DNA of 64,000 nt from Lingula anatina (Eukaryota > Animalia > Brachiopoda): positions 8,184,001-8,248,000 of the forward strand of contig CM120645.1 in NCBI GenBank assembly GCA_051362555.1, written 5' to 3'. The translations under genes were made by a program, and so were the position numbers. Below are positions 27,357-39,539 of the stretch, in pieces (position 1 is the stretch's first letter; each line of letters opens with the position of its first letter). The notes under the pieces are model-generated. The model saw only the letters and a list, made by a program, of their open reading frames with translations, made no database searches and was not told the DNA's origin.

Positions 27357-28231
27357 GGAGGGAGGTGAAAAATAGGAAGGCAAGTCTTGTATCACCCCCC
27401 CCCCCCCCCGAGTGCATTCGACATAAACAGTGCCAAAATTCACCTGTCATGTGCATGTACGGGTGTGTGAGACTAGACCAGCCATTCTCTGTTTTTTAAC
27501 TTAGTTGATTTGGGAATCAATGTACGAATGCTGCAAATCTCACTAAATCCCTAGCAATTTCCTCGTAGTTGTTGTGTTTTATATACGGGGCAAACGGCTT
27601 CTTTCACCAACGACATTCAAGTGGGTATAATATTGAAGCTAGGATGTTTAACACGGGCCACATAATATGAAATGGAGAGTATATTCCGTAGTGCCATTTA
27701 AGGCCCCATTCATCATACATGGGTCAGAAATCTACGAGTTTCACCTGTCACTGACATTGTAGACCTTATGATAGATTTGCTTCCATATTATCACGACACC
27801 ACAGTTGAATGTTATAATACATGACAACTAACAAGTGGTTGGCCAGTTTTGTGGGCGTCAATAACAACTACCCCTGAAAAATTTAAGTAACTGAATAGAA
27901 AGATGCACGTGAAGAGTGTCCACACCAGGTATTGTAGAATACAACCCTTAATTAAGGTCACTTACTGGCAAACAAGCTACACAAAGTACATGGTCCACAG
28001 TGCAGGAAAACATGACGGGTAATGATAGACTGAACGGTTTTTTGACTGCTGTCAAATACGGGCAAATACAACCTCCGTCGAAGAGTAGCTTTTAGGGACG
28101 GGGGGTGGGTCCAGTTTTTTTAAAGAATGACAGACCTCGGATGCGAAGGTGCAGTTTAGAACTATGATTCATCTGTTCAAAATTGTAATATCAAGAGGGA
28201 ATATTGGTGTGATTTTTTCCAGATACCGAAT

Positions 28232-28277
28232 TGGGGGGGGGTCAGGACCCCCCTGACCCCCCCTAAATCCGCCACTG
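28232..28277. mobile_element. Terminal remnant of a non-autonomous DNA element/MITE
   Basis: GGGGGGGTCAGG-ACCCC-CCTGACCCCCCC hairpin followed by AAATCCGCCACTG (CAGTGGCGGAT on the minus strand), a terminus type common in invertebrate MITE-like repeats; the partner end was not found. Confidence 0.4.
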
Positions 28278-29032
28278 GGGTAGGAGGTGCAGTAGGTCAC
28301 ACCCCCTTTTAGCTTCAGAAGTGCCCACCTCTTAACCATCACCACCCCTCAAAAGAAGTTTATTATCACCAAGCATTTTAATCCCTGTACCCTACATATG
28401 AAAATATAATTGAATATTGTCCCAGTATGCTATTTTAATGTACATGTATTTGCCTAGCTTCGTTCGGCAAAAACTTATTTGCCCCCCCCCCCCACCTCTG
28501 CTCAACTCCTCAGTTGATGCAATGCAAATGTCATGCGTCAGATAAATATTATTAATGAAGGGGAAATGGTTAAGCGTCTGTTCTGGCGATTTATTTAATT
28601 ACACTGCAACATTACGCAATGACAAAGACGCAACGTGAAGTTTCTTTCAGCTGACGCACGCATACAATATTTCTAACTAACATCCGCTTTTTTAGTTAAC
28701 GTGTGGCAAAAAACGATGGATTATTTCCAGCTGGAGGTAACATTGCAGAATACATTGCATTGCGATATTTTTCTTCTTTCTTTTCCCCTCAAGCGTTATT
28801 TTCAATATGGGTGAATTGCTTCATCGAACTGGTCTATTCCGTAGGCTACAGATACAGCAGACTGTAAAGTCACCCGTCTTGTTATCAATAATTTTGTAGG
28901 ACTTCAGCCACAGAGAAAAAAAAAGAGTAAATCAGTCGTTCGTGACATATAAAAAAGACCAAATTGCAAAACATATGAAAACTTTAAAAAGCATTTTGTT
29001 ATTACTTTCCAGGACTTGACTCAAGAGGAAGC

Positions 29033-31084
29033 ATGACCAAGCGTGCCATTGTGTTAGTTGTGCTCTTGTTGTGCCAAGCGCGCAATGGCGGTGCACAGGA
29101 CCCGTGCCCTGCGGTATGCAGTTGCAGTCTGGTGACACTTGACGAGGAACAGGGGTGGTCGGCTGACTGTAGGTTCAGGAACATAATAACAATACCAGCT
29201 TTCAGAGACAGTGCCAGACCTCTGTATGTGCTTAATTTAATAGGAAATAAGATACAAAACCTATCTCTCATTAACACTCCATACTTGAAGGAATTATACT
29301 TAGCTGAAAATGCAATTGCTGATTTAGGAGCATCTTCACTGGATGGAATGTCAGATTCCTTAAAAATCTTGAATCTCGGTTCAAATCCATTGAACACCTA
29401 CCCCACAGCCCTTCACAATTTAAAAGTTCTTGAGAGGCTGGACCTTTACAACGTAGGACTCACGGGTCTAGACGTAAATTTTTCTAAGGAACAGTTAAAA
29501 TCTTTGCGGATTCTTAATCTTGGAGACAATAAACTTACAAATATTCCACCAGCTGTCATGAATTTAACCAGCCTGGAGCAGCTTTTATTATATGGAAACC
29601 AGATACACGCCGTTGACGGTAGCGTGTTCCAGAATCTTAATTCATTGAACATTTTGAACATTGGAAACAACAGACTGACGACAGCGCCATCTAGATTACA
29701 CATGCTACCCAAACTCCGAGAGCTGTTACTGTATGGTAATAGCATCGCTAATGTAAGCGATATGGCGCTACGGGATCTCCCTCTATTGACTAGGTTAAAC
29801 CTGGGCACCAATGTGCTAACAGAAGTCCCAAAAGCTATTCAATTACTGCCTAGTTTGGAAAAATTGGAACTGTACGAAAACCGAATAAGCGCCATAGAAC
29901 CGAACTTGTTTGAAAATCAAAGCAGAACTCTAAGGGTAATAAACCTTGGTGGCAATAGACTTCTAAAAATCCCTGATGCAATACGAGACCTTCCCAATTT
30001 GGTGGAGCTTGATCTGTACAAAAATAACATTTTTGATTTCGACACAGATATCTTTACGAACCATCAAGAATCCCTTAGAATCATTGACCTGGGCTCAAAC
30101 AGCCTCACGTCTATCCCTGAAAGCATCCGGAAATTGCGCTCTTTAGAAAAACTCGTTTTGTCCAATAATAAGTTCCAAACTCTTGAAGAGCGCAATTTTG
30201 ATGATTTGCGTAATTTGAAAACTTTGCTACTGGGTCCAGGTAACAACTGGCATTGCAACTGTACATTGGATTTTTTGCGAAATTTAAAAGTGTTGGCTCC
30301 TGATCCAAAATATTTAGCGATTTGTGCCACTCCACCTCTTCACGAGGGGAAGAGCGTTCTTAATTTTTCAACCCAATCATGCGCCAAAAGAGGCCCGTCT
30401 TTTGAAGGAAGTGAATCCATGCTTCCGGTATGGGGATGGGCCGTAATAGCATGTGTTTGTGCGGTCCTAATTTTGATCACGTCTGTATTGCTGATCAAGT
30501 GGATCAAGAAGCGTAGAAAAAAGGAGTATTCCAATGATTCTGAAACCTCCCGCAAGATGAAAGGAGAAAACTCGTGGAAGAATGAGATAGGGTACGAACC
30601 GAAACAGGTAACGCAACAGGTCTTCACTTCTCCAGACCTCCATAAGTCTCCAACTTCACAGATATCTATCCGATCACGTCCGCCATTGCCTCTTCCTGAA
30701 ATCCCAGAGTACCTTGAAATTTTACCCAGTGTATCACCAGGCTCGGAAAAAGTGACAAATAATTCATGTCCTGATTACAACTATGTTCCAAATTCTACCC
30801 TTATCAATTTCAAATCTGAAACGCCGCATGGGGGCCAATTGGAGAAGGCAGACGAACACGTTGACCCTCAGGGCTACCTTAAGATGTCTGCCTGCTCGAG
30901 TTGGAGGGACAACACGTACGAAGAATTGCCAGAAGACGGCGATAGTCTGGATCCTGACGCTTCAGCCTTCACAACCTATTCGCACCTGGTGCCAGAGAAA
31001 GAATACCAAAATGTGCCCGATATAGAAAATAGGGAATCCCAAAAGTACACAGATTTATTACCAACGTATCAAAACTCATTTTAG
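29033..31084 (+). CDS. Intronless 683-aa single-pass leucine-rich-repeat receptor (signal peptide, LRRNT, ~14 LRRs, LRRCT, TM, Tyr-motif cytoplasmic tail, no TIR)
   Basis: Signal MTKRAIVLVVLLLCQARNGGA; CPAVCSC cap; LxxLxLxxNxL repeats; NNWHCNC..CATPP..C cap; TM WAVIACVCAVLILITSVLLI followed by KKRRKK; ~190-aa tail. Splice acceptor tttccag at 29012 lies just upstream. Confidence 0.92.
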   Translation: MTKRAIVLVVLLLCQARNGGAQDPCPAVCSCSLVTLDEEQGWSADCRFRNIITIPAFRDSARPLYVLNLIGNKIQNLSLINTPYLKELYLAENAIADLGASSLDGMSDSLKILNLGSNPLNTYPTALHNLKVLERLDLYNVGLTGLDVNFSKEQLKSLRILNLGDNKLTNIPPAVMNLTSLEQLLLYGNQIHAVDGSVFQNLNSLNILNIGNNRLTTAPSRLHMLPKLRELLLYGNSIANVSDMALRDLPLLTRLNLGTNVLTEVPKAIQLLPSLEKLELYENRISAIEPNLFENQSRTLRVINLGGNRLLKIPDAIRDLPNLVELDLYKNNIFDFDTDIFTNHQESLRIIDLGSNSLTSIPESIRKLRSLEKLVLSNNKFQTLEERNFDDLRNLKTLLLGPGNNWHCNCTLDFLRNLKVLAPDPKYLAICATPPLHEGKSVLNFSTQSCAKRGPSFEGSESMLPVWGWAVIACVCAVLILITSVLLIKWIKKRRKKEYSNDSETSRKMKGENSWKNEIGYEPKQVTQQVFTSPDLHKSPTSQISIRSRPPLPLPEIPEYLEILPSVSPGSEKVTNNSCPDYNYVPNSTLINFKSETPHGGQLEKADEHVDPQGYLKMSACSSWRDNTYEELPEDGDSLDPDASAFTTYSHLVPEKEYQNVPDIENRESQKYTDLLPTYQNSF

Positions 31085-32361
31085 ACAAAATCAAGGGGCA
31101 GAGAACTCCCTTTTCTAAAACAAAACGGCAGACTCAGTCCTGTCTGTCTCGTTATTTGGAAAGGGAAATTGGCTCACGCAGAGATCTGCTTTACATAATT
31201 GTGGGAAAATGCCGCGAGCTGATCTGTCTTTGCACTGCAGAGAGTGTGGTGGCGTGTACGCTATGTCATAGCCTAAGTCGGACATTTTTGTTATCAGACA
31301 TGCCAGAGTGTTAAATTTTAGGGCTTAGAGAATTTGATACAAAATTGCTGAGATACATTTGTTTGCTTCGAAAGATGTCATAGTTTCACTTTGATCATTT
31401 GCCACGTTTTGTCCCACGTATTTAAGTGTGTTGAACAGTGTATTCAATTTATATAAAACAACTCACACTGGAATCGGCTGACATGCTACAGATGTTCCGA
31501 AAAGAACGGTGCAAACGCACCACTGAGGCACAGGTTTTTTCCACGAATGACAAAACAAGCACAAGTCCTTTGTCTAATAAGCTTTAGTAAAGTTATAAAT
31601 ATTACTGTGGATTTTATTCACAATAGACAATAATAGCAGAAACACATTTTCAGGATTCGCTTAGTTAAATTAGCTGTTGAACTTTAAACTTTTTAAATTT
31701 CTTGAATTACTATATAATGTGTTCATGTACACGTCTAAAGTATATTCAGATTAATTTTGCTTGTAACCTGAAATAAACGTAAATTGCAGAGATAAGCACA
31801 TTATTGGAATGTCCAGGCAAACATGCAATTTCAGTGAATAATTCCTCAGACATTTTAAAAGGATTTACAATTAAACTACTGATTTTTCATACAACGGATA
31901 TGTCTCACAAACTATTGTAAACAAACAAAATAGGTATTTTGTCAACTGTCCAAATTTATAACGGTAAATATATATTTTGGTACAAGACTTGACAGAGAAT
32001 TGAGACTACGCTGAGGCAGAGCGACTCTCTCGCTATTACTAGATAATGAATCAAATGATGACAGTCTTCAGAGTGATATATCATCATTTGATTCCAACTA
32101 TATAATTATGCTTACTCAAAAAATCTTATTTTTAAATGTACTAGACTGAGCTTAATGACAACATTTTATCAAAGGCATGATGCCCAGTGCTTTATGGGAA
32201 CAAATTTTCTTGATTTTCCCTGATTTGAGGAACTTTTCTCAAATTCCTTGACTGTAAAAAGGGTTAGTCACTTTCCGGTTTTCACATAATTCCAAGAGTG
32301 CCGAAAACCTTAGTTTGTGTCGAATTTGGGTTCACCTTAATGCTTTTCCCTTCAATATTTG

Positions 32362-32377
32362 GCACCAGATGGCGCTG
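32362..32377 (+). promoter_or_regulatory. CTCF-like motif between convergent genes
   Basis: GCACCAGATGGCGCTG closely matches the CTCF core (CCASYAGRKGGCRS-type); motif match only. Confidence 0.35.
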
Positions 32378-32456
32378 TTAGCAAAGGATTCAACATCCAA
32401 GACAAACCTTTACTCAACTACCGTAATTTCAAAGCTAATGTAATTTTTTTCCGTAT

Positions 32457-35400
32457 TCATAAATCAAACGCTATAGCTACCATCACCATAGAAATCACAA
32501 GTTCGTTGGTAACAAAACGAATGTGTCCCTGATTTTTGGTCGTAGAAGTTTCAGTAGTGGACGAAAAACTCAATGGATACACTGTGCTGGCGCTAGTAGT
32601 GCTTGGCTCGCAGGAAGGGTAATTTTCCGGCCGTATACGAATCGGTCTTCCGTACAAATGCAGCTGCTTGTTTTTTAGAACTCTTTCTATCCAAGCCTGC
32701 GTACAAGTTGCAAACTGCCGACCTTGTTCGTAGCCTGCCTGTGTCACGTGGAGCGTAGCCAAGACTTTGAAGACGACGGTTCTGTTGGCTGCAAGCTCAT
32801 CGTATTGCGGGCCGCAGCTTCGATAAACTGCATTTGCTGCATTTAATACATCTTTTAATTGTTTCTCTCTAGATATCAATGCGTTGCAACCATCTCCCAG
32901 TGATGATAGCCAGCCAAGGGGCACAAAATGCAGTTGAATCAAGTGCCTTACTATTGTGAAATTAAGGAGGGGTCGGCAGTTCTGTCCCTCAGGAACAAAC
33001 AGAGGAGGGCAAGTCGACTGCGGTGCTTGAGGCTGAAAATGTGACATCGTATAAACTATACGTAGTAGAAAGAAATATTTTAAGTTCTTAGTCTCTAGCC
33101 ATTTCAACTTTAGTAAAATACTTTTATATCGCTTGAATGAACACAAGTCGTCCAAATTGCGACTTGTTGTTTTGAAAAGGTTTATTTTAATTTCACGGAT
33201 TTAGGTTTGGTATTAAAGACTATACTTTACACGCTAGCAATGTCCTCAGTCCGTTAGAGTTTTAACTCAATTACTTTTACAGTAAATAACCTCACAGCCT
33301 ACACGAAGGAACCATTCCCAGACCCTATCGTTCTAACTGTGGATCGATCCATCTCCAGGGCAATACTCGCTAAATTGCAAACAACTAAAGCTGCTTAGAT
33401 GTCTGTCACGCCTAGCTGCTAGGGGGTAATTAATTATCGTTTAGCAGCTTTAGTACGCGTACCAAACATCTAAGCCGCTGAAGCTGAAAGCAATCTAGCG
33501 AGAAACCCCTTGGAGATGGGTCGAACCGATCGATCTAGGTATTGGAACCCAGTCAAACATTAAATTCCGAACTTCTTAACTGTTCCTTCCATGTGTTCTT
33601 ACGTACCATGGTCATGACGTCATCATCCTGGTTCCGGTTCAGATCTCCAACGTACAGTAGGGCGCGGAAAGACAGATCTTCTATCGCTCGGAAATCGCCT
33701 GGTGGTTTATATATATCTGGATATTATTTAAAAAAAACATTATGTAAGCGCTGCGATGTTATTTGTTTTTCGTGTAAGAATTGTTAAATGCCAAGATGCT
33801 ACACTACAATATTCGATAGTTTAGTCAGTAGGCCATAAGGTCTGTCCGGAAAATACGAGAAGAAATGGTTAAGACAAATGACAAAGCTTACTAATTATTT
33901 TCAAAGTGTTTTAAAATAAAGGTAAGTACAATACTTAAAACTGATGGGAAATGACCTTTAAATATCTTAGCGATGATGAAATGTGGGAGGGAATTTCAGG
34001 GAACCATTCTAACAAACTAAAATACGCGATTCTCTATTATTTGATTTTACACAAATTATTCAACATTAACATTATTTTTCTGAGAACACTAATTATGGTA
34101 GGAAAACTGCACATATTCAGAACATTTAGTATACAAAGAAAAATACCCTTCCTTTGCAATAAACAGGAAAATTCGGTATTTCTGATCTACGTGCGCGCAA
34201 GGTGCATAACCTCCATTTTATATCTTTATGTTGCATGTATATTTCTTAATATTCATAACGCCACTTACCGTCACAAAATTGTACCCCGTAGTAACAGACC
34301 ATGCAGTGGTAGTTCTTCTCAATCCCTTCTGAACCGTCTACGATAACAGGGTTGTTGTACGCCAAGCAAGCATCTCGTAAAGCGGAGTGGAGCGGTAATG
34401 GTAATGGTAAACGATACACGCTACCATTTATAAGTCTGAACTTACAAGGACCAAAGGCATCGTTCTCAATTTCTCGGAAGCACATCCTCAAATTCCATTC
34501 CAGGTTGGCTTCAAAAATACCATTACACTTTTCTTTTTCCAGTTTTCTTAACACACAAGCCGAGGAGCTACAATTTACAAAATCGTGAATTAGTGTTCTT
34601 CTGCAAGAGACGACCAGTCCCCACGGTTCCAAGCCGTTCTCGATACCATTACAAGCTGCACAGTACTTGTTTCTGAAGGTGATCATTGAATCTGGGTCGG
34701 TGACTGGCTGTTGCAGGAGCACATCTTCTGAGAGGCTAGCATTTGGTGTATCTGTGCACTTAAGACGGGTTTTTTCGTCCAACCACGACGATGGACATTG
34801 ATCCACCATCAAAAATCGTGGTCCATTACGGTCGACATGCGGCAGTTGTTTTTTTGGCAGTTGTTTTTGTAATTGTGGACGATTTCTGCAGGAGCTTTTA
34901 AGTGCCAGTGAAATCGCCACAGGATCGCCTGGTTTTTCATGCCATTCCCAAGAGGAAGTTTTGTTATGGGACAGGATAGTGCTGTTAATTTCAGCTACTG
35001 TTAAGTTGGATGCAAGGATTGTTTTAGAATGTGAGGAACTTTTCTGCTTTTTTATTTTGGTGGAGGCGGCGCACACCTTGGTGTTTTCTGGCATACCGTA
35101 ACAGCAGTCACCGTACAAGACGCACAGAGAGTCACAGCTGCAGTGGATCTTAATGCTGAACGAACGATACGTTTTCTTTAAACAGAGCCATCGATGTGGT
35201 TCCACTGTTTGCTCAATCTCATTTGGAAAGGATTCTTCCTCGTCCAAGGCACCCTCTTGGTTCTGCGACTTCTGCATGGTACCCTTTTCTTTTGCACTCT
35301 CAGCATTGGGCGATTCTTGTGTGGTTTCTACGTGCATTCCACTCTGTGGATTCGGGGCATTTGTCGTGTTTTTTCCCGTCGTTTCCTCTTCAAGATAAAC

Positions 35401-35541
35401 AGATTCTGTCGTGATTCCCTCAGGAGTTACGTTCACTACATCGGGTGCCTGTTGGGTGGATATCTGAGCGTGGCCCTTCTTTTGGGAATGAAACAGCATA
35501 ACGGCTGTCAACAGCACGTATAAAGCAAGGTATACATTCAT
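32457..35541 (-). CDS. Secreted or GPI-anchored somatomedin-B-domain Cys-rich protein, 3 coding exons
   Basis: Exons 35541-34269, 33716-33607 (DIYKPPGDFRAIEDLSFRALLYVGDLNRNQDDDVMTM) and 33032-32457 splice in frame with GT-AG. Signal peptide MNVYLALYVLLTAVMLF; SMB motif CSCDSLCVLYGDCC; MVDQCP..C..PVTD..TFRNKYCAACN module; Ser/Thr-rich stalk and a hydrophobic C-terminus LVISMVMVAIAFDL. Confidence 0.82.
33316..33547. mobile_element. Palindromic MITE-like element in intron 2 of the SMB gene
   Basis: Left arm TCGATCCATCTCCAGGGCAATACTCGCTAAATTGC..GCTTAGATGT is an imperfect reverse complement of right arm ACATCTAAGC..GCAATCTAGCGAGAAACCCCTTGGAGATGGGTCGA (~60-bp arms). Confidence 0.75.
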
Positions 35542-38500
35542 CCTAGTATTAAATATGAACACTTCAGCAATAGCATAGTGAAGTTGCTTACACCAAAGTT
35601 CGACGATCTTTTATAACGCTCATGCCCTTATTGATATAAATTATTCGACTTGTAAATAACCGTTTGTGTGCGATCGCGTGCATTGCACGCTTGGAGAAAG
35701 GTGAAGTGTCATCGTGCGGTTTGTCATTTATGTAAGGGGCACTCTAATTGGATAAATTAGCTTGAACGCACCTGTCATCCAAGTCAACAAGACTAAAAAA
35801 ATATCTCGAAAATTGGATGTCCTTTTGCTGACTGACCCTACGTCACCGCAATTCATGTCACCATGACGTTTGAGAAAGAGAAATAGTATAAGTTCAAACA
35901 GGGTTATAGGAATGAGCCGGAAACGAGTTAATTAGGAGCCAGGTGGCGTGATGCGCACGGAGCACGTAAAGCCATGGTCACGCGAAGAAGCTACAAACGG
36001 ATTGTCCTTACAAGGCCAGATATGAAAGTTATTTTCTTTCTAACTAAGCTGACAATTACCATGAGATACCATGTACACATAGATCTTATACTTGGGCTGT
36101 GTTCATTTAATCGCTTACAACCGTATCACGTGCCTGCGCCGCTGTGTCCAATATGCCTGGTTTTTGACCGTCTCGAGCCTCTCGACCCTAAATTCATCAT
36201 CCCAACAGTGGCTGAGAGAACTTTAGTCCATGGTTTGAGATTAGAGTTGCAAATAACCTAAAACATGTCGCCCAGCGGTTTGCCATTCTTAATGTAATCA
36301 CTTTTTAAACTGTCGCTGAAAGAGGACTATAACCACCATTGTAACAAACCTTGAGAGACAGATTTACCCAGTTACATGTAAATCAGAGGTTCGTTTCAGA
36401 CAGGTTCGGAGTAGAAACAGCTCGGTTTGAAAATGCAATTAAAAGAAAATGTTATACGCGCTCTTCGTCTCTTGTCATACAGTTGGTTGTCAATCTAAAT
36501 TACCTTGTGTGTAAATGGCGTGGTTGGAACATTACAATTTTAACCCCGCCCACTAGAATAACGCTCCCTATGAAATCTTAATAACTATTCTTTACCTGAA
36601 AATTTCCTTAACAATGATCTAGGGTGATCATAAATTCTATTGGCTATTCGTCTCTTGCCCTAGGGATTTTCGTAAGGGACAATAAGACGCGCTTGACTTT
36701 ACTTTAAGGTTCGTGCGGGCAGACAACTCAAATAGCAACTGTCAATATATAAATATAAATACGTATAAATTATTATTTATTTTAACAGGTACATGCATGT
36801 ATGTTTCATATACCCTGAAGTTTGCTATGTTAATGTCATTGCACAATACTTGGTGCACGTACTCCGTAAATAGATAATATTTAATTAAGGTTTCAAGTGA
36901 ACAATTAATTGTGCTTAGCTGGACCCTTTTCGATAACAAAATTCTGGGGAAATCTTTAACAATGCAACCGACGCCATAATTACAGGTGGTAGCCTATTGA
37001 ATGCATCATCGCTATTTATAGATACTGTTGTGATAGGGTCAATGTTATTGATGAAGGTGTAAACAGAGAACGGCCAGCTCTGTAAAAACCGTGTGTAAGG
37101 TATGTATTGTTTGTATTTCACCGACGTTGACGCTGGGAGGGGAGAATTAATATACTGATGTTAACCTAATATGTAAATCTATAGATCTATATTTCTTATT
37201 TACATTGAAGCTGTACACGAAGCTTTAAAAAAATGTGAGCATTAGTACGCAAATCATCAATTCCAAGTAGGTCAAGTCCAGGGCGTCAACAAAAATTGAG
37301 AAAAACAATATTGTAATTTGTAAAGTATGTAGGAAATTATGTAGAGCTTGAAGGAAATTAGCTTTAAAGCATATACTTATAGTGACAAACTGATATCGGG
37401 GAAATACCCGCAGTCGTAAAATTTTCACTTTCGTTTTAAGCTGTGGCAGACATTTTGGCCTCATTCTATTCAAGCACGCTCTCTCTCGAATATTATTATT
37501 ATTACTACGCAGCAGTTACGTTCAATCTAAAGATTTTCTTACTCTCAACAATTTCAATTTTAACCTCGGGCGTTTCCATGCCAACGCATCTGACACTCAT
37601 ATCAAGGCGGAAATGAAAGCTTAGGGCCTAAGCTACATGTATCAGAAAAATGAAGGTCAATGAAAGTCCAAAAAGGAGGGGAGGGGGGTACTAAGTACTG
37701 AGGCCCGTAGACGAGACCCTGTACAGTATATACAGTAGTTTGGGACTATTTTGTGGCTCACACGGGTTTAAATGTTGACTTTTAGATTACATGTATCTAT
37801 CAATAGTGTCGAGGTTAAATGTAATCTCCCTGTTACAATTACTGCGGTAAACCGTACATATGTTAAAATCACGGTGCAGATTAAGCAGATGCGCAGGATA
37901 GGAAAAAAACCCCTCTCGTCTCACAATGTACAGAATGGCACACAATACCCTTATAAAATAATGGGGCACGTGAATGTTGTATTTAGCTTTTAATTTATAT
38001 CATTATAAATCTTAAGTCAGTCCTTCTTTATTTTATTTAAAAACGAGTATTTATTATATCTAGTAAGTAAGTAAGTACCTCGGACCTAACAAAAGAACTG
38101 CAGGAAAATATGACATGGTCACGTGGAAAGGTGAAAGAAATACTTTTAGAGAACAGTTAAAGAACCTTGAGGTTAAAAAAGAAAAAAAGTCACTTTCAGA
38201 AAGAATCGGGAACCGACTGACATCATGTAGCACTTATTCTAACCTGCAAGTCTGTCATCAATTCAAGAAAAATATTAGGGGAGATATTGTTTGCATACAA
38301 TCAAATACAGAAATATATGCTTCACCCTTACTAAATCCAGCATAAGAGCTCGGCTTTTGAAAGGAACGAAAAAAGGGAAGAAATAGACGAAAGTGGTAAA
38401 AACTGTACCACCGGGGAAATAGAGGAATGAATAATAATGGATAATGTAACTAAAATCATTAAAATTGCTACAATATTTAAATCTAAAACACTCCCCAGAA

Positions 38501-38966
38501 CCATTTAAAATTAACACTACTAAGAACTGAGTCTTATTAAAAATTTAAGAGCAACAGACAGATGTCCTTGTACAAGTAGCATGCGGTGTTATCTCTACTC
38601 CGTGTACAAAATAACTTACTTGAACTTTAGCATCAAAGATAAATATATCACACTGATAAACAGAAAAAAAGATGATCATATGATAGTACTTGCCAAGTAT
38701 TTATGAGTAACCTTTCATAAAGAGGAACTGAATTAATTAATTTCATCCGTCTACCCCAGTGCCTGATCTTTTTTTCCTTTTTTTTTTTTTTTTGCACAGC
38801 ATTATGCTAAATACATTTTAATCAGTTTCTTAGTATGTACGTATTGCGCATTATCTTTGGCATACATGCATCCCATTGCATAGGCCCATGTTACAGAAAT
38901 AAATCCACTTCATTTAATATCCATAAAACTTTTATTTCAGCAAACATTTACTACCAAGAACACAAA

Positions 38967-39539
38967 ATGTCTACGGCCGTCTTGGGAAAAACTGAAGTTG
39001 GTGTGCGAAGAACTACCACTGACATCAAAGTGGATGAAACCCCGAAGTCCAAACTGATGTATTATTTCAACTGCATCTGCACGGTGCTGCAGATGGAAAA
39101 CACCCCTCGGATAAGTCGTCTGCGGAATTACCGTAAACATCGCGAATTAAGCGAAGAAGACACCGATCACCTATTGCTGTTGTGTTTTTTCATGAGCCCA
39201 GACGAGCTGGTGAACAAGTGCATCTTCATGGACGAGTCCATGTGCCACGAATACCTGAACGAGTTCTACGAAATTAGCGCCGTGAGCCGGGCATTCGTGG
39301 TGTCCCCGGAAGTCTTGGTTGGCGGAGAGAGGAAACAAGTGCGCAAGATTATGTGTTTCACTCAGTCGTGGCTGAAGGACAACTACATTGATCCCATGAA
39401 AACGTACGAGGAACGCCTTCGTAGAATCACCTCCGAGTTGCGGTCTGCCGCGTCGAGAGGCACTTCTGCTTCACCGAGAAGACGACCTCAACCTTCGGCG
39501 CCACCTTCCTCGCAAGATTCGTCCTGCGTGATCTTGTAA
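38967..39539 (+). CDS. Uncharacterised 190-aa protein with C-terminal CaaX box (CVIL), single coding exon
   Basis: Acceptor tttatttcag at 38940, ATG in cacaaaATG context, GC-richer coding-like sequence. It ends with a basic/Pro-Ser linker SPRRRPQPSAPPSSQDSS-CVIL*. Confidence 0.8.
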   Translation: MSTAVLGKTEVGVRRTTTDIKVDETPKSKLMYYFNCICTVLQMENTPRISRLRNYRKHRELSEEDTDHLLLLCFFMSPDELVNKCIFMDESMCHEYLNEFYEISAVSRAFVVSPEVLVGGERKQVRKIMCFTQSWLKDNYIDPMKTYEERLRRITSELRSAASRGTSASPRRRPQPSAPPSSQDSSCVIL

